Source: Takakia lepidozioides (taxonomy: Eukaryota; Plantae; Bryophyta). Taken from it: DNA of 64,000 nt. The position numbers were made by a program, and so were the translations under genes. The DNA is taken from positions 64,108,001 through 64,172,000 of the forward strand of contig CM060731.1 of assembly GCA_030704615.1 (NCBI GenBank), written 5' to 3'. The notes under the pieces are model-generated. The model made no database searches, was not told the origin of the DNA, and worked only from the letters and a program-made list of their open reading frames with translations. Position 1 is the first letter of the stretch; the number at the start of each line of letters is the position of its first letter. This document shows, in pieces, positions 11,438 through 25,220 of the stretch.

Positions 11438-14400
11438 ATGTATCTCAATGAAAAGAAGTCGATAATCGTATCACCATGTGCTCCCGGGGTGCGTGCACAC
11501 CGAATTTGTATCAAGAGCTTCGTTATTGTTGCTTTTTTTGTGCTAGCCGCCCTGCATTCCTGGATACAGGGTGATGTATCAGATGCTGGGCCGCAGCCCC
11601 CGCGCCAGCTGGTGGCAAGTGATCTGGGTAGCATGCGGCATGTTTTGGAAGCAGACAACGATACCGAGGATACAGTCAAGTATGTAACATTTTTTCACAA
11701 TGACGATTACATATCTGTTTTTGTTTAATTTTTCTGAACTTCAAGTAACACTCGAACATTATGGAAAAATAAATGACCGAATCCTTGTTGGAGAAGTCTT
11801 CGCGAGCTAAGACTAGTATTGAAGCTGTAGTCATCAGAAATCAGTGCATTCTACCTTTGGAAAACCCAGAGTGGTTGTAGAAGTCTGAGCCAACTCCCTT
11901 TTGCAGGTCACTCTGCCCAGTACTTGGTGTTAAAAAGTTCCTTTCATACTTTCTTTGGAGTTCCTTCAAATTTTTCTTTTTCCGATCACCTATTGGGCAA
12001 TGGACTTGTCGAATTTATTAGAGTTATCTGTAAAGGGTCCCAAACTTGGCATGAGAACCCTGAGTTTGGCCAAAACTCGGTATGAAACTCGAAACTCAGG
12101 ATCAAGCGGTACGACTAGAAAAAAACACGGGACCAAACTGCCAGGACTAGGAAAATGGGGGTGAAAGGAGTTTGGTGCCGAGTTTTGTTAGTCGTCGAGG
12201 CGGAGGCGGTCAGAGCTCACGAGCTCGCCCCATAGCAGCGGTTGCCCTCATCCCCAGTTTATGATTTGGTGCCCTCTTTTCTGACTTCGTGCTCAGTTTT
12301 CTGCACTTTACGGATTAACTCAAACTCAGGATGAAACCCGTAACTCGGGTCCAAACAGGGTACCGAACTCAGGCTCACTTTACGGATAACTCTATTGTCA
12401 CAAGCAAAATTCAGTACAATAATGTAATCCCGAGTTTAACATTCTTTTGCATTCTGCTCAGTCCCTCTGAGGCGGGGTTCAATCACAATCTTAGTTTATT
12501 GCTAAAGAAACATTAGAAGTCTAAAACTGTTGTACAGCCCTGTCTTTGGACCTTGCAGTCGTGTTGAACAGTCATCACTGAACATGAACAGAGACACGGA
12601 ATGTGCAGACAATGTGCAGGCATTGATAGACAACCCCCTGAGCAGCGCTGCAAACTGGCCCGGCTCTACTGTGGAGAGGACAGTGGCCGAAGCCTTGTAA
12701 ATTACTTACTCCTGCATTTTTGCTCAATGGGAGGGAAGGCCTGGGTTTCTGTTCCAGTGCTGGTCGGAGTTGTGATCCTGGCATTTCACTTCTTGGCAGA
12801 AACAGCTGAACACTATTTTTCCCCAGTGGTTGGCCGGTTGGTTGAGATCCTGGGGATGTCTCCAAGCATGGGTGGGGTGACTTTGCTGGCGTTTGGTAAT
12901 GGGGCCCCGGATGTGTTTGCGTCGCTGGCGGCCATTGGGGCTGGGAACTCAAGAATTGGATTGGGTGCAATTCTTAGTGCAGGGACATTTGTCTCTGCAT
13001 TTGTGGTTGGATCAGTTGCCCTGACAGCTGCACCGTTTTCTGTTCGGCCCATGCCTTTTGTGCGTGATGTTCTGTTCTACAGCTTCGCAGTTTGTATGCT
13101 CTTTGTAGTTTATCTAAGGGGTGTGATAATGTTTTGGCAAGCCATTGGGTTCATGGCTTTCTACGCTCTCTTTGTGGTGGTCGTGATGTGCACTGACAAG
13201 ATTAAAGTCTGGGATTCTGGCAACACGAAGCCCTCAAAACTTGGAAGTTCCAGGATAACCGGGGAAAGTGATGTGAGGAGCCCAAAGTGGTGGTTTTTGC
13301 GATCTAGGAAGGAGTCCAAGAAGGCTCCAGAAGATTATAGCCCTACCTCCGGCTACGAGGAGCCTTACCCAGATAAGGAGGATCAGGCTGTTCCTGGTGC
13401 TCTGGCTCTGGACGTTTTGGCCCCCAAAGATGGAAAGGATTCTACAGTGGGGAGTGGCTGGGCTGAGAGTGGATGTTGTATGTTTTCTAAATGTCCTTTG
13501 AAGGGCTTGCTGGTATGCAGTCAAGCACGGCAGGTACAATGACTCTCTCCGTGTTAAATCAATAGATAACACTATAAACATGATGAAAAACTTGCAATGC
13601 TTGATTGTTATGAGACTAGACAATATCCATTTTCTGATGCATTGTCCGGGATATTCTCACCAGAGAGTGACCCTCTTCAGGACCCTCAAGAACATTGTCC
13701 TTGCACCTCTGTTCACCCAATTTTCAAAATCTTGAGGCTGAGCCTAAAGCCCTGGTCCTGTTGGGGTCTAATTGCTGTGCAGCTCACAAACAGCAAGTTG
13801 ACCCCTCACAAAGCTAGTATCTGTTCCCTTTTGTTCTGCCCAAACTGTGCGTGGGGTCCTCTTCAAATCCATCAAGGGAATTGTGCCTGTACCTCTGTTT
13901 ACCAACTTTGATAGTCTTGAGGCTGAGCCAAAAGCCCAGGCCCTTTTGGGGCCTTGTGCGATGATGCATGGCTCTAGCTATTGAGTATCATGCCACTCTC
14001 AAATAATCCAACTTACAACAGTCTGTCAACTCAGTGCTGCCATCAGTAACTAAATCAGAGTCTGGAGGTGCCAGTCAGAGTGGGTTTAGGGGAGAAAATC
14101 AGTTTTTTATGTTTGTATATATATGATCCCCAGAGCAAAAGCTGCCCAGGCAGCTTTAGTCCCCACCAAAGATGGGGGACAATGGAAGACGGGAAAGCTG
14201 GGGAGAGGATATCCTTCCATACATTTGTTAGCATTCTAACTATTGCGAGCAGATGTATTCTGTTGAATGGGCTCGTGATAAAGTGAACGGATATTTTGCA
14301 GGTGATACTTTGGATGCAAGTTCCATCTGAGGTGCTTCTGAAGGCGACTATCCCGGAAGTGGACCCTTTGAAATGGAACCGGGGTTACGCAACTGCTAAC

Positions 14401-15078
14401 ATTGTCTTGTGTCCCCTACTTGCACTCTATATGTGCAGCTCATTAGTTGCTCTCAATCGCCACATAATATTTTTGGCCCCGTCTTTGCGACTCCCCATTT
14501 GGATCCTCATATTACTGCAGGGGGCCTTCATGGGAACTTCTTATTATCTTGCTGTAAAGCATCCTCCAGAATCTGGGCAGCTTCTGACAGTCATTGTTGC
14601 CTTTGTCATGAGTGTGTTTTGGATCTCCTTCATAGCTGGGGAGTTACTTGGGTGTTTAGTGACATTGGGATTAATTCTCGGGGTGTCCCCAGCATTATTG
14701 GGGTTAACTGTACTTGCATGGGGTAACTCAATTGGTGATTTGGTTGCTGACGTTGCGGTGGCCCGGGTTGGACAACCTGCTATGGCTGTCGCTGGCTGCT
14801 TTGCAGGACCTATGTTCAATATGCTTATAGGGCTAGGCTCTGCCTTATCCTTGCAAACTGCAAGGGAATTCCCGGTGGGGTATTCACTGGACCATCACCC
14901 CGGTATCTTGATTGCATTTGGGTTTTTATTTTTGACATTATTGGGATCTCTTTTGGTAGTGACATGGTCAAAGTTCCAAGTGACGCGCTCTTGGGGAATC
15001 TGCCTGATTGGTTGCTATTGTGCCTTCATGGTTCTTAGCGTGATAGTGGCCAACCTATTTCCTGGGAATATATCTTAG
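11438..15078 (+). CDS. CCX: Cation/calcium exchanger (CCX family); exons about 11438-11679, 12559 (or 12609)-13512/13533, 14302-15078
   Basis: Alpha1 repeat GVTLLAFGNGAPDVF, alpha2 repeat LGLTVLAWGNSIGDL, multiple TM helices. The exon 1-2 junction is affected by an 11-bp insertion (see findings). Confidence 0.88.
12021..12392. mobile_element. MITE in CCX intron 1
   Basis: 15-bp TIR GAGTTATCTGTAAAG / CTTTACGGATAACTC (1 mismatch), flanked by TA on both sides; internal aaactcg/cgagttt repeats. Confidence 0.55.
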
Positions 15079-15871
15079 CTTGAGAAGCCACAATGTTTAA
15101 CCCATTATCTTGTATTAGAGGACTGTAATATAATGCTGATGTCTGGCTCCTCAACTTCGTACTTTAGGAGATAAGAGTTGCGCAGGGCCACACTCTGGGG
15201 CTTTGTTCTTTGACTAGCAGTGAAACCCTCGTTCAGTCTTTTTATAGCCATTTGCAGAATGATTTTGTTGGAAGGTGGAGTTTACTCATGCATCAAAGTT
15301 GGCCCATCCACAGAGCTTCCAAATAGTTCTATGAAGATCTCCATCAGAGAAACCTAGCAGATCTTTCAGTTCTAAGAACTAACAGTGAAACCTAACAGAT
15401 AGATCTCTCAGTTCTATGATAGACTTGATACCAAGTCAGAAAACATTCACCAACACTTCTGAAAGATGCAGGGATGTATAGATTACAATACAAAGGAGCT
15501 GTCCTCCCAACTATAGAGCTCCACTTAGTAAATGAGTCAACAGCATGTGTACAAAATTGCACGGACAGAAATGGGGCCCCCTTAGCTGCAAACATTGCTT
15601 TGCCGTTGAAATGACATGTTACAAGATGTAAGCATCATCTCTGCTCGATATCCGTCCTCGTCGTTCTGAACCGGCATACCATTTCATGCATCCCATCCTT
15701 TTCGTTGCACTTAGCACCGGACCCTCGACCACGTGTACGCGTTCTTGGGAAAAGGAAACCGACTTGTCGGTAGAAGAGACAGAGACCGAGTGTTGGACTC
15801 TGCGTCACAGTCACAAAAGTCCTCGCGGATCCAACCACGCAACTTCAACTAGACAACTCAGAGCGAACTTG

Positions 15872-16922
15872 CAGGTTGCTTTTTGCACTTGCCACAAGGC
15901 ATTTGAAAGGCAAAAAAAAAAAATTGCCTGTCACAGTGAAAGGCATAAAGAAAAAAAACCTGTCAAAAGAAGGTAAACATTACAAAAAGAAGTACAAATT
16001 ATTGGTAATTTTTAGTATTCTTACTAGCAAGTCTAATCACTGCCAGCTGCCTTTCATTTCCTTTTCAACCCTAAAATATGTCTATCTTTCCTATACATGC
16101 TCCAAGGCTAAAACAAGCTCTCCGATGGCTCTCAGACTTTAATGGATTTCAATAGTGGTAAGCTTGGTTCTCAGACCTTAGTGGACTTCAACAATCGTAT
16201 GGTACAGTGCTCAATAGTGGTATGCTAGTACAATGCTCAATGGTTGTGGATAGCTTGAATGAGATATTTCCTGACATTCTAGTTTTTATTGCATCAAAAC
16301 TCTTCAATCCAAAATATTATCCAGGTGATGAAGAGGCTCGTATCAATATGTCTGAGCAATGGTTGGAGAGGTTGATCTTGAAACTTGGATTAAGAGATGC
16401 TGAAAGTGATGCAAATCGAGCTGAGTTGCTTGAGTTTGTGAAAACCTTGAGGCATGGATGTGAAAACAAATCTTTGTCAGAGGCGTGGCGATTGTGTGGA
16501 GATACCAACGAGTTGCATACTAGTTGACCACACCTCAAAAGCACTTGTGATTCCTATAAGTACAGCAATTTGTGAGAGGGGTTTCTCGAAACAAAATGCC
16601 ATCAAAAGCCATTTGCGAGCTCGTTTGAGGTTGGATACTTTGATGCGAGTGTCATTATGCGGGATCGACTTGGCGAATATGGATTGGAGGCGGTCTTCAA
16701 AGTGTGGTGCAACATGAGAAACTGAATGGTTCTTACTTGTAATTGTAAGAAGTTCACACTTTTTTTATTTTTTTATTTTTAATTGTTTATGACATGGTTG
16801 TTTGAAAGGTCCAAAACAAATTGTGGGCTTCTCATGTGAAAGGCATTCTCAAAGTTGTCTGTCACAGTAAAAGTAAAAACAACCGGTCACAAAGAAGGTA
16901 GGGCTACCTATCAAGCAACTTG
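15872..16922 (+). mobile_element. hAT transposon remnant (C-terminal dimerisation domain)
   Basis: ALVIPISTAICERGFSKQNAIKSHLRARL motif (about 16540-16630). Imperfect TIR CAGGTTGCTT/AAGCAACTTG; no TSD found, so ends are uncertain. Confidence 0.65.
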
Positions 16923-17090
16923 GTGTCGCTAGAACAGACATGTGAGAGAGACCGAGCGAGTTAGTCAACAAAGTAACTACCCTCAGCCTCACAGAACTGC
17001 AGCTGTTACTAAGACACTACTACCAACAGCAACTTGCCATGGTTATAATAGATAGATTGAGGATAGGCAAACTTATCGGGATATTGGGAT

Positions 17091-17900
17091 ATGGCGGGTG
17101 TGATGACTACTAGAGCACCCACACAGCTCTTCTCGCATCTTTCATTGTTCATGGAGGTGCTGCTACTGTGTTGTGGTGGGTTGTGGGTGGTTGGTGTTAG
17201 AGGTTCAAACATGGCGGCCCTGCTGGACTTCATGGACAGGCTGAATGGGCACCAGTTGATCTCCGATTGGGTCGCCACTGATATGTCTCCTTGCAACTGG
17301 ACAGGGGTTTCTTGCAATGCCCACAATCGAGTGACAAAACTCTCTCTTTCGAGACTGGTACTGTCAGGGTCAATTTCTTCCAAGCTCTCCATATCTAGTT
17401 TACAACATCTGGACTTGAGTGGTAACGCTCAATCTGGAGGCATCTCCCCAGATAGGAAATCTGTCAACTTACAACACTTACATCTCAACTCCAATTCGTT
17501 TATCTCTGGTAGCATACCTCTGGGGATTTTCAATATTTCCAATTTGCATTACCTCGATTTGAGCCACAACGCCACCTCTGGGACGATTCCTTCCCAGGAA
17601 CTCTTGGTAAACCTGCAGTATCTAGATCTCAGCAGTAATATGCTCTCTGGAGGACTCCCAGCTGTTCAAACAATGCCTAGAAGCAATTGTCAAACTATAT
17701 GACCTTTTTCTATTCTCGTCTCTAGTACTATGTTAGTATCAAGATTGTTTGAATTGGACATGTCGGAATTAATGGAAGAACTGGTATTCTTGCAGGATGA
17801 TCCTAGCGTAACTGGTCCTATTCCAGACTCGTTTGGGCATCTTAAGAAGTTGAGAAGTTTGACTCTGCATGGTTGTGGAATCACTCCATACCTTCTTCGC
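17091..17900 (+). pseudogene. Truncated LRR receptor-like protein/kinase ectodomain
   Basis: Signal peptide, LRRNT (AALLDF...SDW...PCNWTGVSC), plant LRRs LQHLDLSGN, LHYLDLSHN, LQYLDLSSNMLSGGLP; stop at 17702, no TM or kinase domain. Confidence 0.85.
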
Positions 17901-18479
17901 TCTCTAACTGCAGCAGCTTGGAGGTCAGTATTCCTTGTCCCAATATCACTAACTAACTAACTAGTACAAATTGGGTTCATTGGCTCCCCAGACCACGCGT
18001 TGCATTGGTGCTTATCTCTCGATGTACCTTCCCAGTATTATGACCTACTTTTGAAGACCTTGCCCTCATCAAGGCAAGTGATAAAAGAGGCCCGGGAGTC
18101 GAATGCTGCCTCAGCGGGCCTGCCTGCGTGGCCCCACCCCCGCCCTCCGCCTCGACCCCCTCTCGCGGCAGCGCCGCGGCCCGCAGTCGCCGTGCCAGAC
18201 ACCCCCTTCCCGCTCCACCCGCCACCCGGGTCCCTTGCTCGTCAAAACACTACCACACATTGAACTCAGTGTTACTGTATTGCACGCATCCATCATGCAT
18301 GTCCCATGAATGCAACAAATACATCCATCACATCATGACCTTGCCATCATACATGTGTTCACATGCCTCCTCATACAAACATATTGGAGACCCGTGAACA
18401 GAAATTTGAACCAGCCCTACCTAGAGCATAGACACACATATTGGAGATCGTGAACATTCAAATTTGAAATTTGAAATTT

Positions 18480-19770
18480 GAACCTCTTTCCTTTTCCAGA
18501 GCTGCCAAGCTTGCCCTTGATGCTCCCAAATTTGGCATACATATCCACTAGGGCATTGTCCAGAATCACATCAGGTACAATTCCAGCTTTGACAATGAAA
18601 CCATGGACCTGATCTTCCCTTTTCCAGAGCTGCCAGGCTTGCGCTTGATGCTCCCACATTTGGCATACATGTCCACGAGGGCATTGTCTAGAATCACATC
18701 AGGTACAATTCCAGCTTTGACAATGAAACCATGGACCTGATCTTCCCTTTCCCAGAGCTGCCAGGCTTGCCCTTGACGCTCCCACATTTGGCATACATGT
18801 CCACGAGGGCATTGTCTAGAATCACATCAGGTACAATTCCAGCTTTGACAATGAAACCATGGACCTAATCTTCCCTTTTCCAGAGCTGCCAGGCTTGCCC
18901 TTGATGCTCCCACATTTGGCATACATGTCCACGAGGCCATTGTCCAGAATCACAATCAGGTACAATTCCAGCTTTGACAATTTTCCAGAGCTGCCAGGCT
19001 TGCCCTTGATCCTCCCACATTTGGCATACATGTCCACGAGGGCATTGTTCAGAATCACATCAGGTACAATTCCAGCTTTGACAATGAAACCATGGACCTC
19101 TTCCATTTTCCAGAGCTGCCAGGCTTGCCCTTGATGCTCCCACATTTCCACGAGGCCATTGTCCAGAATAACATCAGGTACAATTTCAGCTTCGACAATG
19201 AAACCATGGACCTCTTCCCTTTTCCAGAGCTGCCAGGCTTGCCCTTGATGCTCCCACTTTGGCATACATGTCCACGAGGCCATTGTCCAGAATCACATCA
19301 GGTACAATTCCAGCTTTGACAATGAAACCATGGACCTCTTCCCTTTCCCAGAGCTGCCAGGCTTGCACGCGCACTGCAACGCACACAAATGTGTTGTGGT
19401 CGGGCTTCATCCCTTCCCCCATCATTTGGTCATGATAGGTCTCCAAAGGCTCCATCCTGCACCACTGCTGTGCACATCCTGCAAGCATCGCGCTCCACGA
19501 CACCACATCTTGTTCAGCCATAGTGTTGAACACTCCCTCCGCATCCTCAATGCTCACACATATATTTGGCATACATGTCCACGAGGGCATAGTTCAGAAT
19601 CGCATCTGTTACAATTCCAGCTTTGGTGATGCAACCATTCACCTCTTTGCCCTTTTGCAGGGCTGCCAGACTTGCACACGCACTCCAAACGCACAATCTC
19701 GTTCAGCCATAGTGTTGAACACTCATTTCGCATCCTCAATGCTCCCACATTTGGCATACATGTGTCCACC
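18480..19770 (-). pseudogene. PLS-class PPR gene fragment with about 8 tandem 128-bp duplications
   Basis: [30 protein letters not shown] and DVVSWSAMLAGCAQ motifs. ccagagctgcc recurs at 18496, 18624, 18752, 18880 (period 128, frameshifting). Confidence 0.85.
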
Positions 19771-20305
19771 AGAGCAGGGATGCCTTGGCGTGAGCGCAGC
19801 CGCGCTCACACCACGTCACCTTGAACGAACGCCACATCACCGGGCTCACTCCACAACATCGAGCTTAAAAGTCAACGCGCGCCAATTAAGAAGCAGACTG
19901 TATTTCCGCGGAAGAGCACCCTCAACCGCGGAAACAAGTTCGACGAAATAATAAAAGGACGTGGTCATCCCCACCTGAAAGCAACAATTGAATGCAAGAT
20001 GGATGAATGTAGAGTGGATGAGAAATATATGGATATGTGGGAACAATGCAAGCGAATGGATGAATGTGGGATGGATGTTGAATGGTGGAAAACATTCTTG
20101 AATGGAGGATGCATGAATACACAATAGATGAATGCACAATGGATATGACATGAGTGTGAGGGGTTGAGGGGATGGATGAAGATTGACATTTGAATCCGAG
20201 TAGATTGTTTGAATCACCTTTTTTTCTGCCGGAACAAATGCAACGAGGCAAGGGAATTCAATAAGTTGTGAATAGGATATAAATTGAACAAAATAAATGT
20301 GAAGT

Positions 20306-23300
20306 TTAGTCTGATCCAAAGTCAGTACAATGTATCCCCGCGTCCACTGCATCCAAGTCCAAGAATTTCAGAACTCCGGATCTACGATGGCTACTCATGC
20401 GATCGGGCAATAAGAAGTCAGGGGATAGAGCCTCGGCCATTTCAAGTGCCATTGCTTCGGCATAGACAGGAAGCACAAAAGTGGAAAGGGGACTGTCGAA
20501 AACAGTCTCAGCACAAATGGGGGTTTCTCCTGAAGATCCATCGCTGTCATTCCTGCAAGTCAAAGCATGATAAAAGTTATTACTACAATTTTGATGTATG
20601 CAAAATTGAACAAGCACCCAAACTGGAATGACATTTCCATGGCCGACTTACTCACATGAGAAGCCGTTGTCGATCTGCTTATCCTCGGTATCCTCATCAT
20701 TTCTGATTTGAATTTGTTCGGCCTGTGTGCCAGACGTAGAGCCAGACACAAGAGGGAGGAGGACACTCTTGAATAATTCGGTGTCGCCCTCCATGCCAAA
20801 AAGGCTTCTCCCACCAACCTTGCAAGCACGGTAAGTCGCACCTGCCAAGACGGAAAGCCTCAAGAAGGTTGTAGAGGATACAAAATCGGATGCAAACTGG
20901 AAGACCTTCATAATGGAAACAGTATTGAACCAACGAACCTATGGATAGTGTGAGGTCGACCACCCTTGCAGAATGGTGGCTGCATGACTCCAAGAGCGTC
21001 TGCATGAACGCTGGGGTTCTCTCCCTTGCACCTCTCCACGGAAATCCGTATGGTCTTTTGGTGGAGTGCATGAAATTGTACAGCATGTCATCCACATGCG
21101 GTTCATATGGGGGGTTGACAAAACACCCCTGGTCGGAAATTTCAAAGCTACGAACGGATGAAGGTGTTTTGGAAGTGCGAATCCGCCTCAGGCAGATTGC
21201 CTCAAACATCCTTGTCTAGCAAAGATGCAAGGTAGGAGTGAGACATAGAAATTCGAAAGAAATTCTGGCGCAGGAAAGAACAGAACATGGACTGCAAATG
21301 TAAACTACAATGAAATGTTTTTGTGATGATCGGTGCCGATCATCACATATGGTGGTAGAGCAAGCCAGCAAAAACAACTAAAAAAACATTGGGAAATAGT
21401 TCAGAGTAGGGAGGTGCCATACCAGCTGTCCAGGGCAACCATCTTCCAGAAGGTACAGGATGTTCACACAATTCCATGTCCTCAGAATTTCGAACCCAGA
21501 CGATTTCAGGTATGATGCTAGACCCTTACGACTATCCTTATCACATGACTGGAAGAGCAAAAGCGTTCCTGCATCTGAAAGGAAATTATTGCAGAAGCCA
21601 AATACCCAACTCCAGTAGTTCTCATCGAATCTGTTCCAAGATGGAGTCTTTCCCTTTGGAGGAACGTCGGGGACAGGCAGGCCGTCTGGGACGTCAAGAA
21701 TGTCCATGTCAGCGGCAAAGGGTTTTTAAACACCACATACGAATGAGGGACCATTGCTCACCTGTAGCATACCGGTATAATTTCAAGTCAAACAGAAATG
21801 AGGGTCCCAACAGAAACCATCATCTACATTGGCATACACAAAATTCGAAAGTCCCATGTGAAGAGAAAGATTCTTACCAGATTAAGAAATGAAATCATGT
21901 TATCCCAAGTTGGTGATGGCACCCCCGAGTAACTCTTTCTCCGAGTCTCCATCATCGCCAGCCATCCCTAATTCACAATCTTGATCTGCCCTGCCAAGTC
22001 CGCATGGGAAGGGCGTGGCTTGGCATCGAATGGACATTGAACAATGAGGGTGTACCTCCCAGCGGTCTCATCTTTCTTCTTGTCCTCACCTTTCTCCTTT
22101 TCCGTCTCTTTCTCCTTCGCCTTCTCCTTCCCCTTAGTCTTCTCCTTCTCTTTGTCCTTAGGCTTCCCAGGTGACTTGGCTACTACCTCCGGAGCCTTTG
22201 GATCTTTCCCCTTTCGACCCGCCTTCCTGCCTTTATGTGGAGTTGCCTGCGCGTCTGGCTCCTTGGCGGCCAATGAAGCAATGTTCCTCTGGTATTCTTC
22301 GTCGTTCAAAGGTGCCAGCATCTCCGCATGGTTGTTCATATACTTCATTTGCTGTTCTTGAAATGTCGTGTGCTCTGGAGGGCAGTCGAAGTACCATCCA
22401 CAGTCCCTGAAGTGGGCAGGACTCCAGTCCCTCAAGATACCAGCTGTGTACATGGTGGGATTGTTGGCAGGATTGGACCACATGTCCAGGTAATCTGGGA
22501 TTCCACTCAGGTGTTTTCCTTCCATCAACACATATTTAGTGTACCTGCGGAGGCTCAAAATAACACCATCCCCCAAAACAAGATATCAAAAAGTAGAAGA
22601 AAGTGATGATCGGTGGCGATCATCACTTTCACATGAGAGAGAATGCAACATGGGTTGGAAAATCCTTATGATTATGTAGACTGCACAAATGGGAAATGTG
22701 ATGGTCGGAACCGACCATCACTTCATTCATCAGAAACAGACTGCCTATGATAACAGAGGCAGGATTAAGGATGGAAACAAAGACATGATCAGCAGCGACA
22801 ACTGTTTGACTGGAGAATATCATAGCAGTGGATGTGATGATCAGTACCGACCATCACCAAACTGCTGTGTAGCACAAAAGAAATACAAAGCTTCTCTCAA
22901 TGAGGCATGACAAAAGTTTAAAGAATGTGTTGGATAGGCATATGGCACTGCACCTGTAGACAACACGCATCATCGCCCACTCCCCTCCACCTTGACTGTC
23001 GAAATCGTTCGACCTCAATATGTTGCCATCCTTGGAGAACTCTCGGAAGAAACAGTACCGCCACGTGAGACATTTCCACTTTCTAATGTACGCCTCCAAG
23101 GTCATGTGTGGTGGTGAGACCATCGAAATATTCAAGTCCTTCAAATTCTGCTCCAGGACAAGAATGTCGCGTTTCTCCAGCTGCAATGGGAACATGTATC
23201 AGAATTGCGCATGACAAAGCTATAGGATATTTCATATACAATAGGTACTTGAATCCACAAATACCTGACTCCAAAATGTGGCCTTGTGAAACCACTAATC

Positions 23301-25220
23301 AAAAACAATATCACTTACCTTGGTGCCAGGCTGGATTGTGCTTTTTGGGAACTGATTCAGATCCTTCACTGTCTGATCCGAGTTCCAAATCTCAAGCCAT
23401 CTCACTTTTGTCTGGTTGTCAACCATAGAGAGAGCCAGCCTGTGCAATTTCTCCTGTTGCATCTCTGGATGTACATGCTTGTCGTAGTGGGATTTGATTT
23501 GGAGAAGGAACTCCTCCCCAAGTCCAAAATCCACTATTCTCAATTGCTTCAGGAAGGCCGACATCAGCTTCATTCTCCTTATCTCGTACTCCTTCTTTAT
23601 GGCTGCTCCAACTCCTTTAGCAGTCCTCAACTCTTCTACTGTAGTGCGGTAGTACTCAGATTTCCCCCTCTCGGCGGCCTCTGCCAGTTCTTGCTGCAAG
23701 TATCAACGATTGGATTAGCAGACATACAATTGCAATCAGACTGCCTTGGGAAGCACAACCCATGAGGTCTAAATGTGATGGTCGGCACCGATCATCACTA
23801 TAACTCAGAATCCCCTCTATCACACATTGAACTTGATGTCCTCTCTTGGATTCTGGTGCATTGCCAATCTGTTCAAAAAGTGATGATCGGTACCGATCAT
23901 CACAATCAGATTGCATTAGGAAGCGAACCCCATGACGTCTGAGTGTGATGGTCGGCACCGATCATCACTCTTAATCAGAATCCCTTCTTTCACCCACTGA
24001 ACTTGGTCTCCTTTTATGGATTCTGGTGTATTGCCAAACCGTTCAAACAGTGATGGTCGGTACCAATCATCACAATCAGACTGCCTTGGGAAGCACAACC
24101 CATGAGGTCTGGATGTGATGGTCGGCACAGATCATCACTTCACAACAGAATTCTGCATTTCATTGTATGAGATATAGAGCATAGAAATGGACTTGGAGGC
24201 GATGGTCGACACCGACCATCACTTTTCAGTTTCTCCAATTCCAAATATGAAGTTGAATGGACATTTCTCCACCTAAAGAATTCCATTGTACAAAGACTTC
24301 CAGTGCGAGAAAGGATTTTGGGTTAATATGCAGTCATTGCCGAAAGTGATGATCGGTACCGACCATCACTATTTAAGTGCCAAGGGATACACAAACAATG
24401 GGAGCTGAATGTGATGGTCGGTACCGATCATCACTTTCCTGAACAACCACGCCATTTCTAAACTATTCTGAACAGGAAGGGAATGGACCTCAAAGTGATG
24501 ATCGTTACCGATCATCGCTTCAACGTCATTGCAAGATGCGTCTTTAGTTCCCTGTCACTCTTGAATCACAATGAACATCGCATTCTTTGCTTAAATAAAG
24601 CAATGGCAAAGGTGATGGTCGGCACCGATCATCACTTTCGCCTTGATACATATTCTTTCCCGCCTGCCTGACTTCCTGAATCTGCTGAAATAAGACACCA
24701 ACTACATTCTTCTGTAAAGCGATGATCGCCACCGATCATCGTTTTTCTCACATCGGGGGACTATCAGTAAAGAGGGAGAAGTGCGTTTGAGAGAACTTAC
24801 GGATCCCTTCGCCTTCTTCGGCTTCGTGGCTGCATCGCTCGGATCGCCCTCTACAGCTTTCCTCTTCCCTTTTTCATCGGTCTGAACATAAGAAAAAACA
24901 ATGTATTGATCCCACATGGAATGGAAAACATCAAGACTAATGATAACAGTATTATGCGGATATTGAATGATCACCATTTATGTCTGATGTAGGGTTTGCT
25001 GACTTCCTCCCGGTATGGCGTCCACTGCTCCTCCTTCTGTTGTGTTGTCTTCGTGCATGAACTCGGCTGGCAGTGTTTGGTTACCTACGCTCACTGCTCC
25101 AGCCGTCACTGCGACTGCGGCGACCTCACTCTCACTTCCTACATGCTCTTCTGCTTGATCTGTCTCCAAGTTCACATGCTGCCTAAGCGTTGCACCATCT
25201 TGCATGCGACGCCTCGTCAT
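20306..25220 (-). pseudogene. Amino-methyltransferase-like cargo gene, copy 1 (lacks the ParB exon; internal stops)
   Basis: Exons homologous to copy 2: QELAEAAERGKSEYY, LEKRDILV, YTKYVLMEG, ILDVPDG, FVNPPY...ERTPAFMQ...VVDLTLSIG|ATYRACKVGGRSLFGMEGD. Confidence 0.8.
21323..24742. repeat. 15 intronic 24-bp palindromes, consensus GTGATGRTCGGYACCGATCATCAC
   Basis: Copies at 21323, 22603, 22698, 22834, 23775, 23880, 23945, 24050, 24115, 24199, 24346, 24411, 24495, 24612, 24719. Confidence 0.92.

Noticed and set aside
23775-24742. CRISPR array (24-bp palindromic repeats with spacers)
   Set aside because: Spacers vary from about 41 to 123 bp and several are duplicates of each other (170-bp higher-order unit); repeats lie in spliceosomal introns; no cas genes.
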